Source: Azolla caroliniana (lineage: Eukaryota; Plantae; Polypodiophyta). Taken from it: a stretch of DNA of 64,000 nt. The translations under genes and the position numbers were made by a program. Location of the stretch: positions 2,294,001 through 2,358,000 of the forward strand of contig JBHGNT010000018.1 in assembly GCA_043228905.1 (NCBI GenBank). Direction: 5' to 3'. Shown here one piece after another: positions 11,534 to 24,400 of the stretch. Every line of letters starts with the position of its first letter. Positions within the stretch are counted from its first letter, which is position 1. The notes beneath the pieces were generated by a model. That model worked only from the letters and a program-made list of their open reading frames with translations. It did not search any database and was not told the DNA's origin.

Positions 11534-12103
11534 ATTGTGGGTTGACGCTTTTTTAAGATTGCTTAAAGTGTGCGGCACTTCATCGGGGGTTGTTTGGGGT
11601 GGACTCAAGTTTAGATCTTATTTGTATGTCTAAACATAAGTAGTGATATAGTTTTAGAAGAACAGAAAAGTGAGGGCGTGGGTGGGGGTTAGGGAAGTGT
11701 AGCTTGTTGAAGATATCAAAAGTATTTAAACCTAATCAAAGTTTTTAGAACATATTAAAGATCATTGGGATAACTTAAGTTATTAGACACCAATAAAGTA
11801 TTATTAAAACACCAATATAGAGTATTATTAAAACGGGACCACACGCTTAGATGAAAGGGTGTTGTTTAAACACACACTTAAGCAAACACTTAAAAGAAAG
11901 ATTGTTATAAAAAAATAAAAATAAAAATAGAAAAGAGAGATTGAGATTAAAAAATGATTATGGTTAAGAAGGGATTATGATTAATGGGCATGTAATGAGA
12001 TATACACTTTTTTCCTCTTATTTTGGTGTCATTCTTATTTTCACTCTCTCCTCTCTCTATCGTAACCCCCTTGGGAGGGGGGTGAAGCCTAGAACCGACA
12101 ACA

Positions 12104-14974
12104 CACATCCGCACAAGCCTGATCGGAGTCCTCATGGTTGTAATGTCACGACTGTTGATCGCCAATTGGAATTGGTCATATCCGGAGTAGAGATTGCCAA
12201 TGGAGTAGATGGACCGACCCACAAACGCCTCGGCAAATTCGTCCACGCTCGGACCGATTACGGCATTTCGAATTGTCACATTGTTGACGGTTTGAAGATC
12301 TTGGATGAATCGCAATGATCCATTCTTCTTCGGCACCGTGAACCACCTATTGGAATAAGGAGCATTCGACGGTTCCAAAATTTCCATATTCACCTTCTCC
12401 TTTAAGAGCTCGATCAGCTTCGGTAGGTGTGCTCTCGGAACCGGTATCGGTTTCAAATTCCAAGGTACATGCGGCACTGTGAAGATCACCATCGGCTCTA
12501 TTGCCCTTGGTTCAACACATCCGATTTCTTGTGGGAGAAATGTGAAAGCCTTCCCATGTCTCTCAAGCATGTCGCGAAACTTTCGCTCCTCTTCAGGGAG
12601 AAGGAAATCCTCCCTTCCAACTCGTAGCTTTCCCTTCGTCTCTTTGGTGAAGACATGACCTATTGTCTTTGGATCTCTTAAGCTTGGATCGTTAGTGACT
12701 TCCTTCATCTTTTGCCAGCTATCTTCCGGTAGCGGAATTGCAACTGGCTTGACCTTCTTATCCACCGTTTTATATTTTGTGTTGATGTCAGTTTCCTTCA
12801 TCAAGATGCTTCGATGATATTCATCGATGATAACGTACATGTTCATGGAGCTAACCGAAATCACGTGATGATCGTGAAGATAGCTCAAGTCCACGACGTC
12901 CTCGATTTCGCCGATAGTGTCGTTAAATGAGGCTTCTTCCATAATATGAGTCACGAACTCTTCTTCTTCTATTATGTTTTCTTCTTTCAGCATCTTCTCG
13001 AAGTTTTGTATCCAATGCTTGTCCTTCTTGTTGGGTAGTACTAGTTTACATGCGCCACTAGGTGTGACACATGTTGCTTCTCCTCGCAATCCACGCGCTC
13101 TACTTTCTTGTGGGGACTTGCGATTAATCGGACTATTTGTGCCCCATGCTTCAATAGTCCGCTCTAAAAATCCGGGGATTCGCCTCCAAGACTATCTCGA
13201 TTTCTTTCATGATTAGCTCGCACTGTTAGGAATTGGACCGATCTTTGGTTGTCAAGACTCTTTATTCGTGCGAAGGTTGCTCCATTATCGAACACTTTGG
13301 TCTCCATCTGAGATGATGTGATATACGGTTGTCCTAGGATGACAGGATGCGACGCCGATTCTTGCACGAAGAAGTGTTGATCCATCTCCACATCCCCGAT
13401 CGTGACTTTAACATTGGAACAAGCTTCGTACAAGTCCTCCGTAGTCTTTGTTGCGGCGCGAATCTTCCATCCGTGATTTGTATTGATTGGCCATCTTCCT
13501 TTTTTGTAGAAGTCGGTTGACATGAGGTTGATCTTCGAGTCGTGGTCGATCAAGGCTACCACGGTCTCTTTTTTCTCCCCGATCTTCATTGGCATCTCCG
13601 TTGTCGCTCGTGCCCAATAAGGTCGAGTATAGTGGCTGTCCACCATATCTTCATCAACTTCGTCTCTTGCCATCGTTATGGCATTCATTTTTTCTTTTTG
13701 CGGCTTCTCTTCTTCCTCGTCCGATTGTTGTCTTTTTCTCTTTACAAGGTCCACGATCATGTCATGGAACTCCTTCTTCGTAATGCCAAGCAATTCCCTC
13801 AAGGACAAAGTCACGTGGCTACCAAGAACACGTTCTTCATAATGCCAAGCAATTCCCTCAAGGACAAAGTCACGTGGCTATCAAGAACACGTTCTTCGAG
13901 AATCTTCTTTAGGTTCGTCGTCAGCTCTATGTCCGACCTCAGCTTATAGGTAGGCATAGCCCTTGTCCTCTGAGCGAGGTCTTCGACACCAACCTTCATG
14001 GGTCATACGGTTTCTTCGACTCGTATGCTCGGCTCTCCTTTTCGGCTTGATTCTTGTTCCTCCATTTGTAAAGCTCGACTTGTCTCCGCATCTTCCTTCT
14101 TTTCCGCGTTCCTTGTTTCATGTCTTTTTGATGGGCCTTGCTCTTCTATTCTTTTTCTCTTTTCTTCGACGAACACCTCGTGGTTGTTGCACATCACCTC
14201 CACGAGTATGGTGTTGTCATCCACCGGATCCGACCATCCGGTTATACTTTGCACACTTCAATCCACAAGCTCTACTTCGTTCGAAGTGACTTTTCCCTTC
14301 TTCTCATATTCGAGAACGGAAGTCCAAAACTTTGATCCCGCTCTAGCAGCTTTAGTTTTGTCTTTCCCGACTCTTATTCCGGCCGACGCAGCATAGTGCA
14401 TCGCATCCACATGAGTCGCATCGGCATCCTCCATAGCTTTCTTCATTCCTCCTCTTCCGAAATTCATCCGTAGGGGTCTTCTAGTCTCGCTCGAGCAAAT
14501 CATGTTGTCATCTATGTACGCGATATTTTGTCGAATGGCGTCTCGAAGGCTCGAACAATCTCTTCTCATGTGGTCCATGCCATCGCACCACATGCATCTA
14601 AAGGGTTCTTTTCCTTTGGGCCCTCGACGATTCATGTTGGCTAGCATAACCATCTTGAGCTTCTTCGCCAATTCTTCGATGATGTTGTCATCAATCTTCT
14701 TTTATTCGGGGTTACTTTGTTTGGGCGGCTCCGCTACTTTTGGTTGTCTTGTTTTCTCCGCAACAGTTGATCCCGCAAAGTCGTTCCTTCCATCAAATTG
14801 ACCCTCGAGCTCTACGACACGGCCGATAGCCTTCACCACGCTCGCATCGTTGTCTCAAGATCTCATCATTTGATCAACGATTATCATCATCCTTTCGAAT
14901 TCTCCCGCTTGGTTGCTTGAGGATGCCATCTCCAAGTATCGGTCGTCCTCAATTTGATCCTTCCTACCACCTCT
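12104..14974 (-). pseudogene. E1 gag, protease and RT N-half
   Basis: CMWCDGMDHMRRDC knuckle; ALIDHDSKINLM protease; APYSNRWFTVPKKNGSLRFIQDL and LYSGYDQF. A 59-bp tandem duplication lies near 13773-13890. Confidence 0.92.
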
Positions 14975-15000
14975 TTCATGTTAGGTTCACTAGTTAATTA

Positions 15001-15631
15001 TGTCGTGAAGATCTGTCACTACGCGCGGATCGTGAGGCGAAACCGCCAGGGTTCTAGACCGGAAGGACTCGAAGTTGGCACTAGCTTTAGCGAGAAAGGT
15101 TTTAAGATAGATTTAAAGAGAGAGATTGAGATAAGATAGAACACTTGATTTTTAGATTGAGAGAGAGTTTTTGAGAGACAAGATATATCATCAATTGGAT
15201 AACGAATTTCTTACTTTTAATTTTAATTTTGATCTCAAGTACAAAGCTTCCAAAAATTTTACATTAGTCCTCTCATCTTTTTCCTCCCCTCTTTTATAGA
15301 TGCCCTCATGCATTTGAGGGTACAAGACATGCATAAAATGCATGTTTGCCATTTGGCGCTCATGTATTACATGTGGTGCATGATAACCACGCCACTCATT
15401 TAAGGTCTCATGTATGAGAATTTACATGTAAAACGATAATGAATATTATTTCATGAAAATGTCTTGGCTTAGTGGTAAGCCTATATATAGACTCTCAATT
15501 TGGAGGTGCAAGGTTCAAATCCACACTTGCAATCCTTGTGTATATATAATATACATATATTTATTTATATATCTATCTAGACGTCGGTTCGCCGGATCCG
15601 CTTCCGACCGGCCGGTTCCGGTTTGCTTTCC
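15001..15631 (-). repeat. E1 5' LTR, truncated at ~15631
   Basis: Begins tgtcgtgaagat next to the PBS. The match to the 4525 copy stops after ccggtttgctttcc. Confidence 0.88.
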
Positions 15632-18600
15632 GTTGTATATTTTCCATTGTAATATATGTATATATGTTTGGTTGTGTACATCCACGTCTCTGGTAGTGTC
15701 GGGTGTTCCCACGCCCTTTTTGTTTTCCGTGCATAAGGTAAAGTAGGATCTATGCCACAAAATAGATGGTATGATGAGGATTGTAGGTGCTTATATAGAC
15801 AACTTACAATATCGCAACTTAGTGGTAGTATTACCTCAGTACAAGCTCGTAAATAAATGCGCAAGATGACACGTCGTAAGAGATGAGCATGGGAGGCATC
15901 CCAATATTGGGAACTCTACCATATGCTCATAAGTAGCAATTGTGCCACTACATGGAAAAGATTACGGGAACCAAGACCACAAACACCCATCGAAGATCCC
16001 GAAACTTGGCACACTTATACAGAGAGACTTTACCAAATCCCAAACCAACCACCCATTCCAATGCCTTCTACATCCCGACCTACTATGGGGACACTCTTCA
16101 TGACCTCTAGGGTCACGAAGGTCATAAAGAAATTACAACATAGGAAGTCCATGGACCACACAGGATTGTGAGCAGAACACATCATATATGCGAGAGAGTG
16201 CCTAGCTCCCTTGCTAACTCTAATATTCAATCGCGCCCTCGCAGAGCGTTTTCCATCACAATGGACCATGAACACAATGGCCCCCATACATTAAGGGGGG
16301 GGGCCCATGGACCCAAATACTTATAGGACCATTATGATAGGTCATACCCTTGCTAAATTATATGGTGCAGTAATGGAGGCAAAGCTTAGCGAATATATGG
16401 AGACCTTAAATCTTCGTGCACCTGAACAGGCTGGCTTTAGACGAGCCTTCTCCACTATTGATCATATCTTCACGCTTAGATGCTTAATTGACCAGACTAA
16501 GGCTCACAAGAAGAAACTATATTGTTGTTTTGTGGACTTCCGCAAAGCCTTTGACACGGTCGCTAGAGAGCGGTTGTTTGATAGGCTCAAGTGCTTGAGG
16601 ATACCAGATGACATGGTTTGGGCCATCTACGCTTTATATGAACAAGTGTCCGGGTGTGTTCGATGCCCAGGTGGCATATCCATTAGTTTCACTAGAACTA
16701 TTGATGTAAAACAAGGTTGCCCCTTATCTCCAACTCTTTTTGGGATCTACATTGATGAGATCACAAATTTTATTGCTCGTAAGGGAGGCAATGGAGTAGT
16801 CCTGGGGGATACGTAGGTGCGTATCTTGCTCTATGCAGACGACATAGTTTTGCTCTCTGAATCCGAACACGACCTACAAAGGCACCTTAATGCCTTAGAT
16901 GACTTTTGCACACAACGAGGATTGGTAGTGAATCTAGGGAAAACTAAAGTCCTTATCTTCCACATGTCGGCCCAAGTTAGAGCTAAGTGTCACCTAACTA
17001 TCTCCCATAGCCTAGTTGATGTGGTTGGATCATATGTCTATCTCGGAGTCACTTTCAATGCCCGCTCAGGTAAATTTTCGATGACACAAGCAACGAAGGA
17101 TAGACTTACAAGAGGACATGCATCCCTCTCACTCCTCGAGAGACAATGCCACCAAGCATACTTCCAAGAGCCACGAACTAAAGGGTGGCTCTTTGACTCA
17201 GTAGTGACTCCCTCTCTCATGTATGCATCAACGGTTTGGGCTCTAGGACTACCATCTTTCATGTGGACGCAATTAGAGAGACCATTGGTGATGATGTTAT
17301 CACGCCAAGTTCGAAGCAAATTGTCGGTCCCACATGACATTATTAGGGCTGAGTTCACTCTACCCCCTATGTTAGTAGAAGCACTTTTTCAACTGGTAGT
17401 CTTTATCCACAAGATACATAACCAACCACTTGATAGAATATCCCATCAAGCCTTTAAGGTTTCTCGAGCACTGTATGAGTCCGGCTATACTAGCTCCTGG
17501 TATGGCATGATAGTGAGTTGGCTTCTTGCCAACGGTCTAGACATTAATAACCTCTCCCCCCTTAAGTACGACGACACGACTGATAACACTTTAATCTCTC
17601 ATGAGGACCGTAATAAAGTAATACGCCAAGAAATATGGCAAATTTATACTCGGTATAAATGGATCACCCCACCAAAGTCACTCCCATCTAAAATGTCGTA
17701 CTATAAGGAACACTTTATGCACTTCTCTAAGTTAGGTTTTATCACGCGCCCAAAATATCTAGATGTATTCTTACCACATGCACTAAGGGTTGCCATTGGT
17801 CAACTTAGAATATCATCTCACCAACTTGAGATTGAGAATGGATGTACTAATGGAGTCCCTAGGGAGGAAAGGATATGTAGGTTATGCCACATAGAGATAG
17901 AGGATGAGTACCATTTTACATGCAAATGCCCCACCTATGCCGAGATAAGGGCAAAATACCAAGACATACTTGGTTCCTCTCCCACCCTCCCTAAACTATT
18001 AGATACAATAGATATGAAGAAATTAGGTAGATACATCTTAGAATTGAAACAACACAGAGAGAATAAGTTACAAAACATTGGTAATAATGTTGCTAATGTT
18101 TACCAACATGTAACAAATGAAGTTTTTCAGGAACAGGGGGAGACAATGAATGTCGACACACCTGCACCACTCGGGCTTTTCCTTGATGAAGCAGAAAATC
18201 AAACAAGAACCAAACGCCCTTGGATGTTGGGTTTCAAAGTAACTGGACGAGATGTAGATGCAATAAAGAAAATAAGGGAACGTGAACTACACTGCCTAGA
18301 AGCCATGGCTAGGGCACTCTATACATCGAGACCATGGGTCACAACCACACCAAAAACTTTTGACCTCCCACTTCTTTTTGAGAGACTTGGGTGGAAATGT
18401 GATTAGGCTTAGTGCAAAGTTTTGTACACTACTAGAACTCTCTTAGCTTAAGCTATTTTCTTTTATTTTAGTTTTGATGATTGGATAAACACTCATTTTT
18501 TTTGTAAACCAATTGTCTCATGGGCCAAATCTGGCCTTAGAAGAGGTTAATATATCTTTCTTTCTTTCTTTCTTTCTCTCTCGTGTTCGGTTGCATTCGA

Positions 18601-18699
18601 GTCGTGTCCGGTGTCGGTTTTCTTGGCATCCCTCTTCACCCTCGTCCGAGACCCCCGTGGTCCCGCCCCTTCTAAGCGTACGCATGTAATAACGCGACA
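15632..18699 (+). repeat. 3' part of another Trp-family LTR (15632-15734 + ~18577-18699), split by LINE copy 2
   Basis: Similar to LTR 19035-19641 (ctctcgtgttcggttgc...gtccgagaccc...). Ends taataacgcgaca. Confidence 0.75.
15735..18576 (+). mobile_element. LINE copy 2, 5'-truncated (RT to CCHC finger, pseudogene)
   Basis: Collinear with 1683-4524. YADD in ORF 16817-18406. Same 3' palindrome and (TTTC)n tail. Confidence 0.94.
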
Positions 18700-19641
18700 G
18701 TGTATTCGGAGAACAACAATGACACCCAGAAAGAGCCTACGGGAGGCGAGCAATCGAGGTAACCGGGGGTCTAACCGGGTATGCACGATGCGCGAAGGAA
18801 GAGAGACCAGATCGGCAACGGTGTTCGAGAGGGCCGATCGAAGAAGGTGTGTGCGGCGTATGTGGTGGAACGGATGGAGCTGATGGGTCAGGGCCGGTAA
18901 GGTGCCGGCAAGGAACTGGCAAGACGGTCGGGTGCCGGGAAGGAGAAGAACCAGGTTGATCACCGTCGCCGAAATCTCTCACCCTTTTCCTTTCTTGGCA
19001 CATACCAATGGATGTGCGGTTTGGTGGGGGTGGATGTCGTGAAGATTTCCGGGTACGGTGTGAAACCGGGGTGGAAAGGGCAAGTCGGTGGTGTGCAACA
19101 TGTGCACATGTATAGTAGGAAAACGGTGTATAGAATAAAGGGGAGTATTGATCCCACATTGTAACGTCTCTCCCTTGTAAAGGGGTTGCCCATTTTGAGT
19201 CGTAAGGGTATACCATTTTGTGGAGGGTCTTTCTTTGTTAAGAGTTCCTAGGGTTAGTAACTTCCTATTTTTATTTTTTCTTCTTCTTCTCCTTCTTGAG
19301 AAGTCGGGCGCCGCAGCTATGGCGGAAAGGCAGTTAGGTTACCTTCTTTCTTCTGAGCGTAGCTGGCTCGAAGCCGGGGTTGTATCTTTTCCTTGTAATA
19401 TATATACTCATACCTGTTTGTGGTTATTGGTGTGTTTGGCGGTGTCGGGAGCATAGCCCTCGTTTCATGTGTATAAGAGTTGGTGTCCCGCGCATGCCCT
19501 CTCTCCTTTATCTCTCTCTCTCTCTCGTGTTCGGTTGCCTCCGGGACGTGTCTGGAGTTGGTTTCTCCGCATCCCTTTCTCCCTAGTCCGAGACCCTCGT
19601 GGTCCCCCCCCTTCTACACGCACGCGCGTAATAATGCGACA
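18700..19641 (+). mobile_element. 3' end of a Trp-family element: non-coding internal piece, pre-PPT hairpin, PPT, LTR 19035-19641
   Basis: gcacat-accaatgg-atgtgc, ttggtgggggtgga, TGTCGTGAAGAT...ATAATGCGACA. Confidence 0.85.
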
Positions 19642-21246
19642 CCATCCTTCGTTTCGCCTCTTCCTTTTGTACTTATCTTGGACTAAGTTGCCTCATTGCC
19701 ACCTTCCGAACCCGCAATCGTCATGTTGCCAAATCCAACCTCATCCTCGGTCGGTCTTTCTCCGCAAGTCGAATGGGTGTCTTGCTCCACACCCTCTCCA
19801 ACAATACCATCGTACCGTCTTCAGGCCTCTGCATGGGCCACGTCTGTCTCGTCCAGAAGGTCGACTAGATTCGGATCTCTGGAATCCACCTGCATGCCGG
19901 ATCTCTCCTCTTCCTCGATCATCATCTTCAGAGCCTCGTACGCTTCCCGGACCAGGGCCTTGGCATCAATCTTCGTTGCTCCGTCTCGCTCCGCGCCTGC
20001 TCCCTACTGTGATGGTGTGTCATCGCACGTCATTTTCCCCATTCCTTTCGCGGGTCGCTATTTATCCATCCGTCGGCATACCTATTCGACTTTCGACCAA
20101 TCCTCGGTCAGGCCATTTGCTTTGTCATCGTGGCCTCATGTTCCGCTCGGTCGATTGCCCTAACGAACACCTCGACTTTGTCCACCCCCACCAGTCTTTG
20201 TTTCCGCTCCGGGCGCCGAGCAAGCCGTCGCTTGAACTCTCGGAACGTCTTCATTGCGCCCCAGTGGGTCTTTGCTGTTGCTACCCATTGGTCGAAGTCG
20301 CGCCACCCCTGGCTTTTTGGTCTTCCTCCGTTCGCCTGCAGGAGCGCCCCTTCGAAGGCCTCCCATGAATTATGAGCTTCTCAATGCCCCTTTACTTACG
20401 CGTACCTCCTGTCGTCTACGACCTAACAGAAGAACTCCATCCTCAATGCCTCATCTACGCCTTGGAACTCCATCTCTGAGTTGTAGGCTTCCAAGTAGAA
20501 TGGGACTCTATCAACCACACACCTGACAACTTGTTGTATTGCTTGTCGTCTCATCGTCACTTCTTTGAATTCCATGACCAATTCGGCCACCATCTCCGCG
20601 AAGTCATCATCTTCTGACTCCATCCTCCCTTGCCAGCCTTTCACGTCAGGTTCACTAAAGATGTCGCGGAAATCCGCGGGTACGTGTTAGATCTGGAGCG
20701 GGACCACAAGGGTCTTGGAACTGAGAGAGACAGAGCATAGAAGGTCGAGCTTCACCGTTTCTGGCAACCGCCAAGAACACCGACCAGAGCGTTTCCGGAT
20801 ACGTACTAGAAGCAACCGAATGAGAGAGGGAAAAGGACACGCACGCAACACCGGCTAGAAACAGACTTCCTATGTACAGAAAGTGGAAAGAAAGAACTCC
20901 AAAGACATTGACACAAACACAGATGCACAAAACTTCACTTATATATATATACAAGAGCAAGATACAACTCCGGCTTCGAGCTAGACTAAGGTAGATTACG
21001 TTACAACAATGGTCTGCTGCCAAGCCGCTAATTGGAGAGCTCTCGGGCTCATCACACCAAGCGGGGTCTTGCACAAGAGACAGAGCGGATGCGAAACCCC
21101 CCTAGGTCATACGATGAAGAAGACCTTAGTTAAACCCTAAAATAAATTAAGAAGAAGAGAAAACCTACCATACCTTAGATCTAACAATATACCCTCCTAA
21201 CTCAAAATGGGCAACCCCTTCACAAGTGATCCCCCTTATCATTTTA
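19642..21246 (-). mobile_element. 5' part of a Trp-family element: truncated LTR 20662-~21246, PBS 20640-20657, degenerate gag-like region
   Basis: ttcacgtcaggttcacta is the reverse complement of the Trp PBS. ORF 20423-20644 YLEAYNSEMEFQGV resembles the family Gag N-terminus. Confidence 0.75.
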
Positions 21247-21443
21247 TAGCTAAGTGTCACGTAACCATCCCCCATAGCCCAATTGAGGTGGTTGGATCAT
21301 ATGTCTATCTCGGAGTCACTTTCAGTGCCCGCTTAGGTAAATTTTCGATGACACTGGCAAAGAAGGATAGACCTACAAGAGGACATGCATCCCTCTCACT
21401 CCTAGAGAGACAATGCCACCAAGCATACTTTAAAGAGTCACGG
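21247..21443 (+). pseudogene. Third LINE fragment (RT thumb region)
   Basis: AKCHVTIPHSPIEVVGSYVYLGVTFSARLGKFSM matches 2929-3123. Confidence 0.88.
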
Positions 21444-24400
21444 TGTCGTTGAGAAAACCGTCGCTAGGAGGAATCCGTGGATAGTGTGTATGAACCGGCC
21501 CTTACACATGGGTACATGTTTTGATATATTTACATAGTTAAGTATAGGTCGGCGATGTAATTATCCTAGGTAGCATGAATTCATTAGGTAGGGAATCGAA
21601 GAGGATCTCCGTCTGAAAGGACAGAGAATACAGGTGATGTAACAAGTCTGTAACGGTTCTCTCTGCTTGTGCTATAAAAGGAGAGAAAAAGGGGCTGAGT
21701 AGGGATCGCGCGTTTTCGAGGACTAAGTGTTGTCAGACTGAACCCACGCTCTTCTCCTCTATCTTTGATCATTTCATTGTAGGTTGACAGGTTGCCTCTG
21801 TTTTCATGGAAAGCCCAAGCGCTTCCGACAGAGGCTCCATCTCTTGTTGTTGCGTGCGTTGTGTGAGTTAGTGTCAGCGAGTTGACACTTACCGGCTTGC
21901 CGGTTGTAACATTGCAACCTCTGTAATCTATACTGTTATTGGAATTGATTCTTTCATTTCTGTTTCTCTGTGTTTCTGTGAATCTCTCTCCCTCTTCTCT
22001 CTCACGCTCCTCGGTTCAGGGCCCTCACAGTCCCGCCTTATTTCATACGCGTGAGCGTAACAACACAACATAAATTTGGTGAACCCGATGTGAATTAAGG
22101 CGGCAGAGGAATTGAAAATGAGGGGATCAGAGCTTGCTAAAGCTATGGCGGCAGCAGTCAATCGGATAGTAAGTGCTCACGAGGGCACGGGCACCCTCGA
22201 CAGGGCTATTAAAGCAATTGTCGGTACAATAGGCCGGTTCGATGGGAAGGACGCCAAGGACGCCACGAGTTATTTGGTGACCTACCGGGCCGAAATGGTG
22301 ATGAGGGACATCCCAGAGGAGAGGCATTTGGTTGGGTTCCCTCGGGTAGCGACACCGGGCATCCAGGCAGAGGTGCTCAAGGTGCAGGCTAGATGCCGGA
22401 CGTGGGGAGAATTTGAAGCGCGGCTCCTCCAATGGTACGGGCTTGATGACACGCTTCGGTTATCAAAGAGAGACTTTATGGATTGGGTGAAGACCCCAGG
22501 AAAGGGGAGGAATGCGTCGGCGCTCCTCCGGGAGTTTGAGGAACATTGCGCACGCCTCTCAACACTGGACAGGACCGTACTGGACACGAGCCGTGTCCTT
22601 TTATTCGTCAAAGTTGTGGACGTGCGGGATCGGGAGTAAGTGGGTCTCCTGCTGGAGACGGACGATGGGCTGACAGCCGATTGGGCCGTGGTAAATGGGG
22701 TCTGCGGCCGTTTCGACAAACGACGTGAGTGGGTCGACAAGGGCTCGTCGGGGGCAGGAGCGGTTGCGGCATGAAACCTCAATGGACCCCCTGCCGCCGG
22801 TTGAGATAGGTTCGTCCGGTCAAGGGCCCGTTCGGTGGAGCGGATCTGGAAGAACTAACGCAAATGGTACGAGACCTCCAGATTGCACAAGCAAGGAGGG
22901 ACGACGGCGAGTAGCCTCGCGACCGAAGGCCTCCGGGTAGGCATCGGTGCTTGTGGTGTGACGTGGTCAGTCACGTCCGGAAGGACTGCGTGGAATTCAC
23001 AGAAGCAATAAGGGCTAATGTAGTGTACCTATGGAACGGGAGGGTGCACGCTAGCAAGACCCGGAGAGCCCTGGAGCTGAATATTACACGGGGAGGAATG
23101 AAGAGACTGATGGAAGAAGGGGCGGCATGACACGCGGAGACCATCCACTACTCGACGTCGGCATGAATCCAGATCGGTAGTGACGAAGGCCGGAAGATGA
23201 AAGACTCCCGGTTCTAGTTGGTGGTGCTAGAAGGCCTCGCCGGCGTGCGGTTGAAAAGGGAGGAAGAAGACCGTGTGGAAAGACGGGTTCGGGAGGTCAC
23301 CGGGTGGAGTGATCCAGTCGAAGAAAAGATTGGCTTCATGGAAGCCGCGTGCCAGAACTACGAGGTTCTAGTAGAAGACAAACGTGCAGGAAAGGCCCGA
23401 GGGACTGGACCCTCACAACGATATGAGACCTGGTTCGGCCCAACGAAGAACGATGCCGGCAATCTTGGCGTGCCGAACAAACCCAAGCTAGCCGGTTACC
23501 GGCCGAGCACTGATATTGAAAGAACCACGGACCTATGGAAGGTCCTAGAGGAGCAGATTCTCGACAACAAGGTTGAGCTGTCGCTATGGGAAGTGCTTGG
23601 GATCGCAAAGAAGGAATTCCACAATTCTATCATGGACTTGGTGAAGCGGAAGCGGCTCTCAACAAATCCAGAACCGGAGAAGCCCGTGGAGGTGCGGACG
23701 ACACGGCCCTAGAGGTCGAGTTGGCAGAGAGCCATTATTCGAAGTTACACTGGGCTAGGGCCACGACAAAGACCCCTGTTCGGATCGGTGACGTCCAGGA
23801 ACCGGTGGTTGCGTTGATAGACCACGGCTCGGAGATCAACCTGATGTCCATGGACTTCTACAAAAGGGGGAAGTGACCATCAACACCAAGCACGGCTAGA
23901 AAATACGGGCGGTGACACGCGCTACAGAGGAACTACATGGGGCGTGCCCGAATGTAAGCGTGAAGTTTGGGGATGTCAAGATTGACCAACACTTCTTCAT
24001 GCAGGAGACATCCTCAAACCTGGTGATTCTCGGCGAACCATACATCACGGCGGTGCACATGGAGACCAAAGTGCTTGACAACGGTTCGACGTACGTGCGC
24101 GTCAAAAGCCAAGATTGACGTCGCTCCGTCCAATTCCTGACCGTGCAGGCAAACCACGAGCGTAACCGCGAGACCCTCGGCGGCAATAACCGAGGGGATG
24201 TTTAGAGAGGGCTATCAAGGCGTGGAGCCGGGATAGTCCGGACACCATGGAGAAACCCCACACATGTAGCATAGGAAGGAAATTTTGGTTCTCCGATAAC
24301 GGAGGTTGTACTATAACCGGCATCAGCGGCCGGGAAAGGGAGCGGGCGGAGGAACGACTCAGGATGTGCGGAGTCCTCGCCCCCGATGAAGAAATTAGCA

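Larger units (their letters stand above)
7878..12103. mobile_element. Rearranged non-autonomous Tat-like gypsy element with inverted internal region; 5-bp TSD CACAT
   Basis: Starts TGTTACCC and ends CGACAACA. CACAT at 7873-7877 and 12104-12108 splits the host RT (LVRMC|TLP). LTR 7878-8198 with partial copy ~11990-12103. Arg-type PBS at 8203-8220 on +, but the ORFs are on -. Confidence 0.9.
4525..15631 (-). mobile_element. Ty3/gypsy element E1 (Trp-PBS family), degenerate; interrupted by the 7878-12103 insertion
   Basis: The LTR sequence 4525-~4880 matches 15271-15631. LTR termini are TGTCGTGAAGAT (15001) and ATCTTCACGACA (5376). Degenerate Trp PBS at 14975-14992, G-rich PPT next to 5377. Order on the minus strand is gag, PR, RT, RH, IN. 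Confidence 0.92.

Noticed and set aside
8224-11543. Recombinase-driven invertible switch or DIRS element
   Set aside because: No tyrosine or serine recombinase is visible, the ends are TG..CA with a 5-bp TSD, and the inverted repeat is explained by tRNA read-through.
13773-13890. 59-bp (and 132-bp at ~26706) tandem duplications as functional repeats
   Set aside because: Single-copy, microhomology-bounded slippage events inside dead coding regions.
19469-20368. 299-aa plus-strand ORF and the many antisense ORFs over GC-rich pol regions (e.g. 60512-61492)
   Set aside because: They cross element boundaries or shadow real frames, and have no recognisable motifs.
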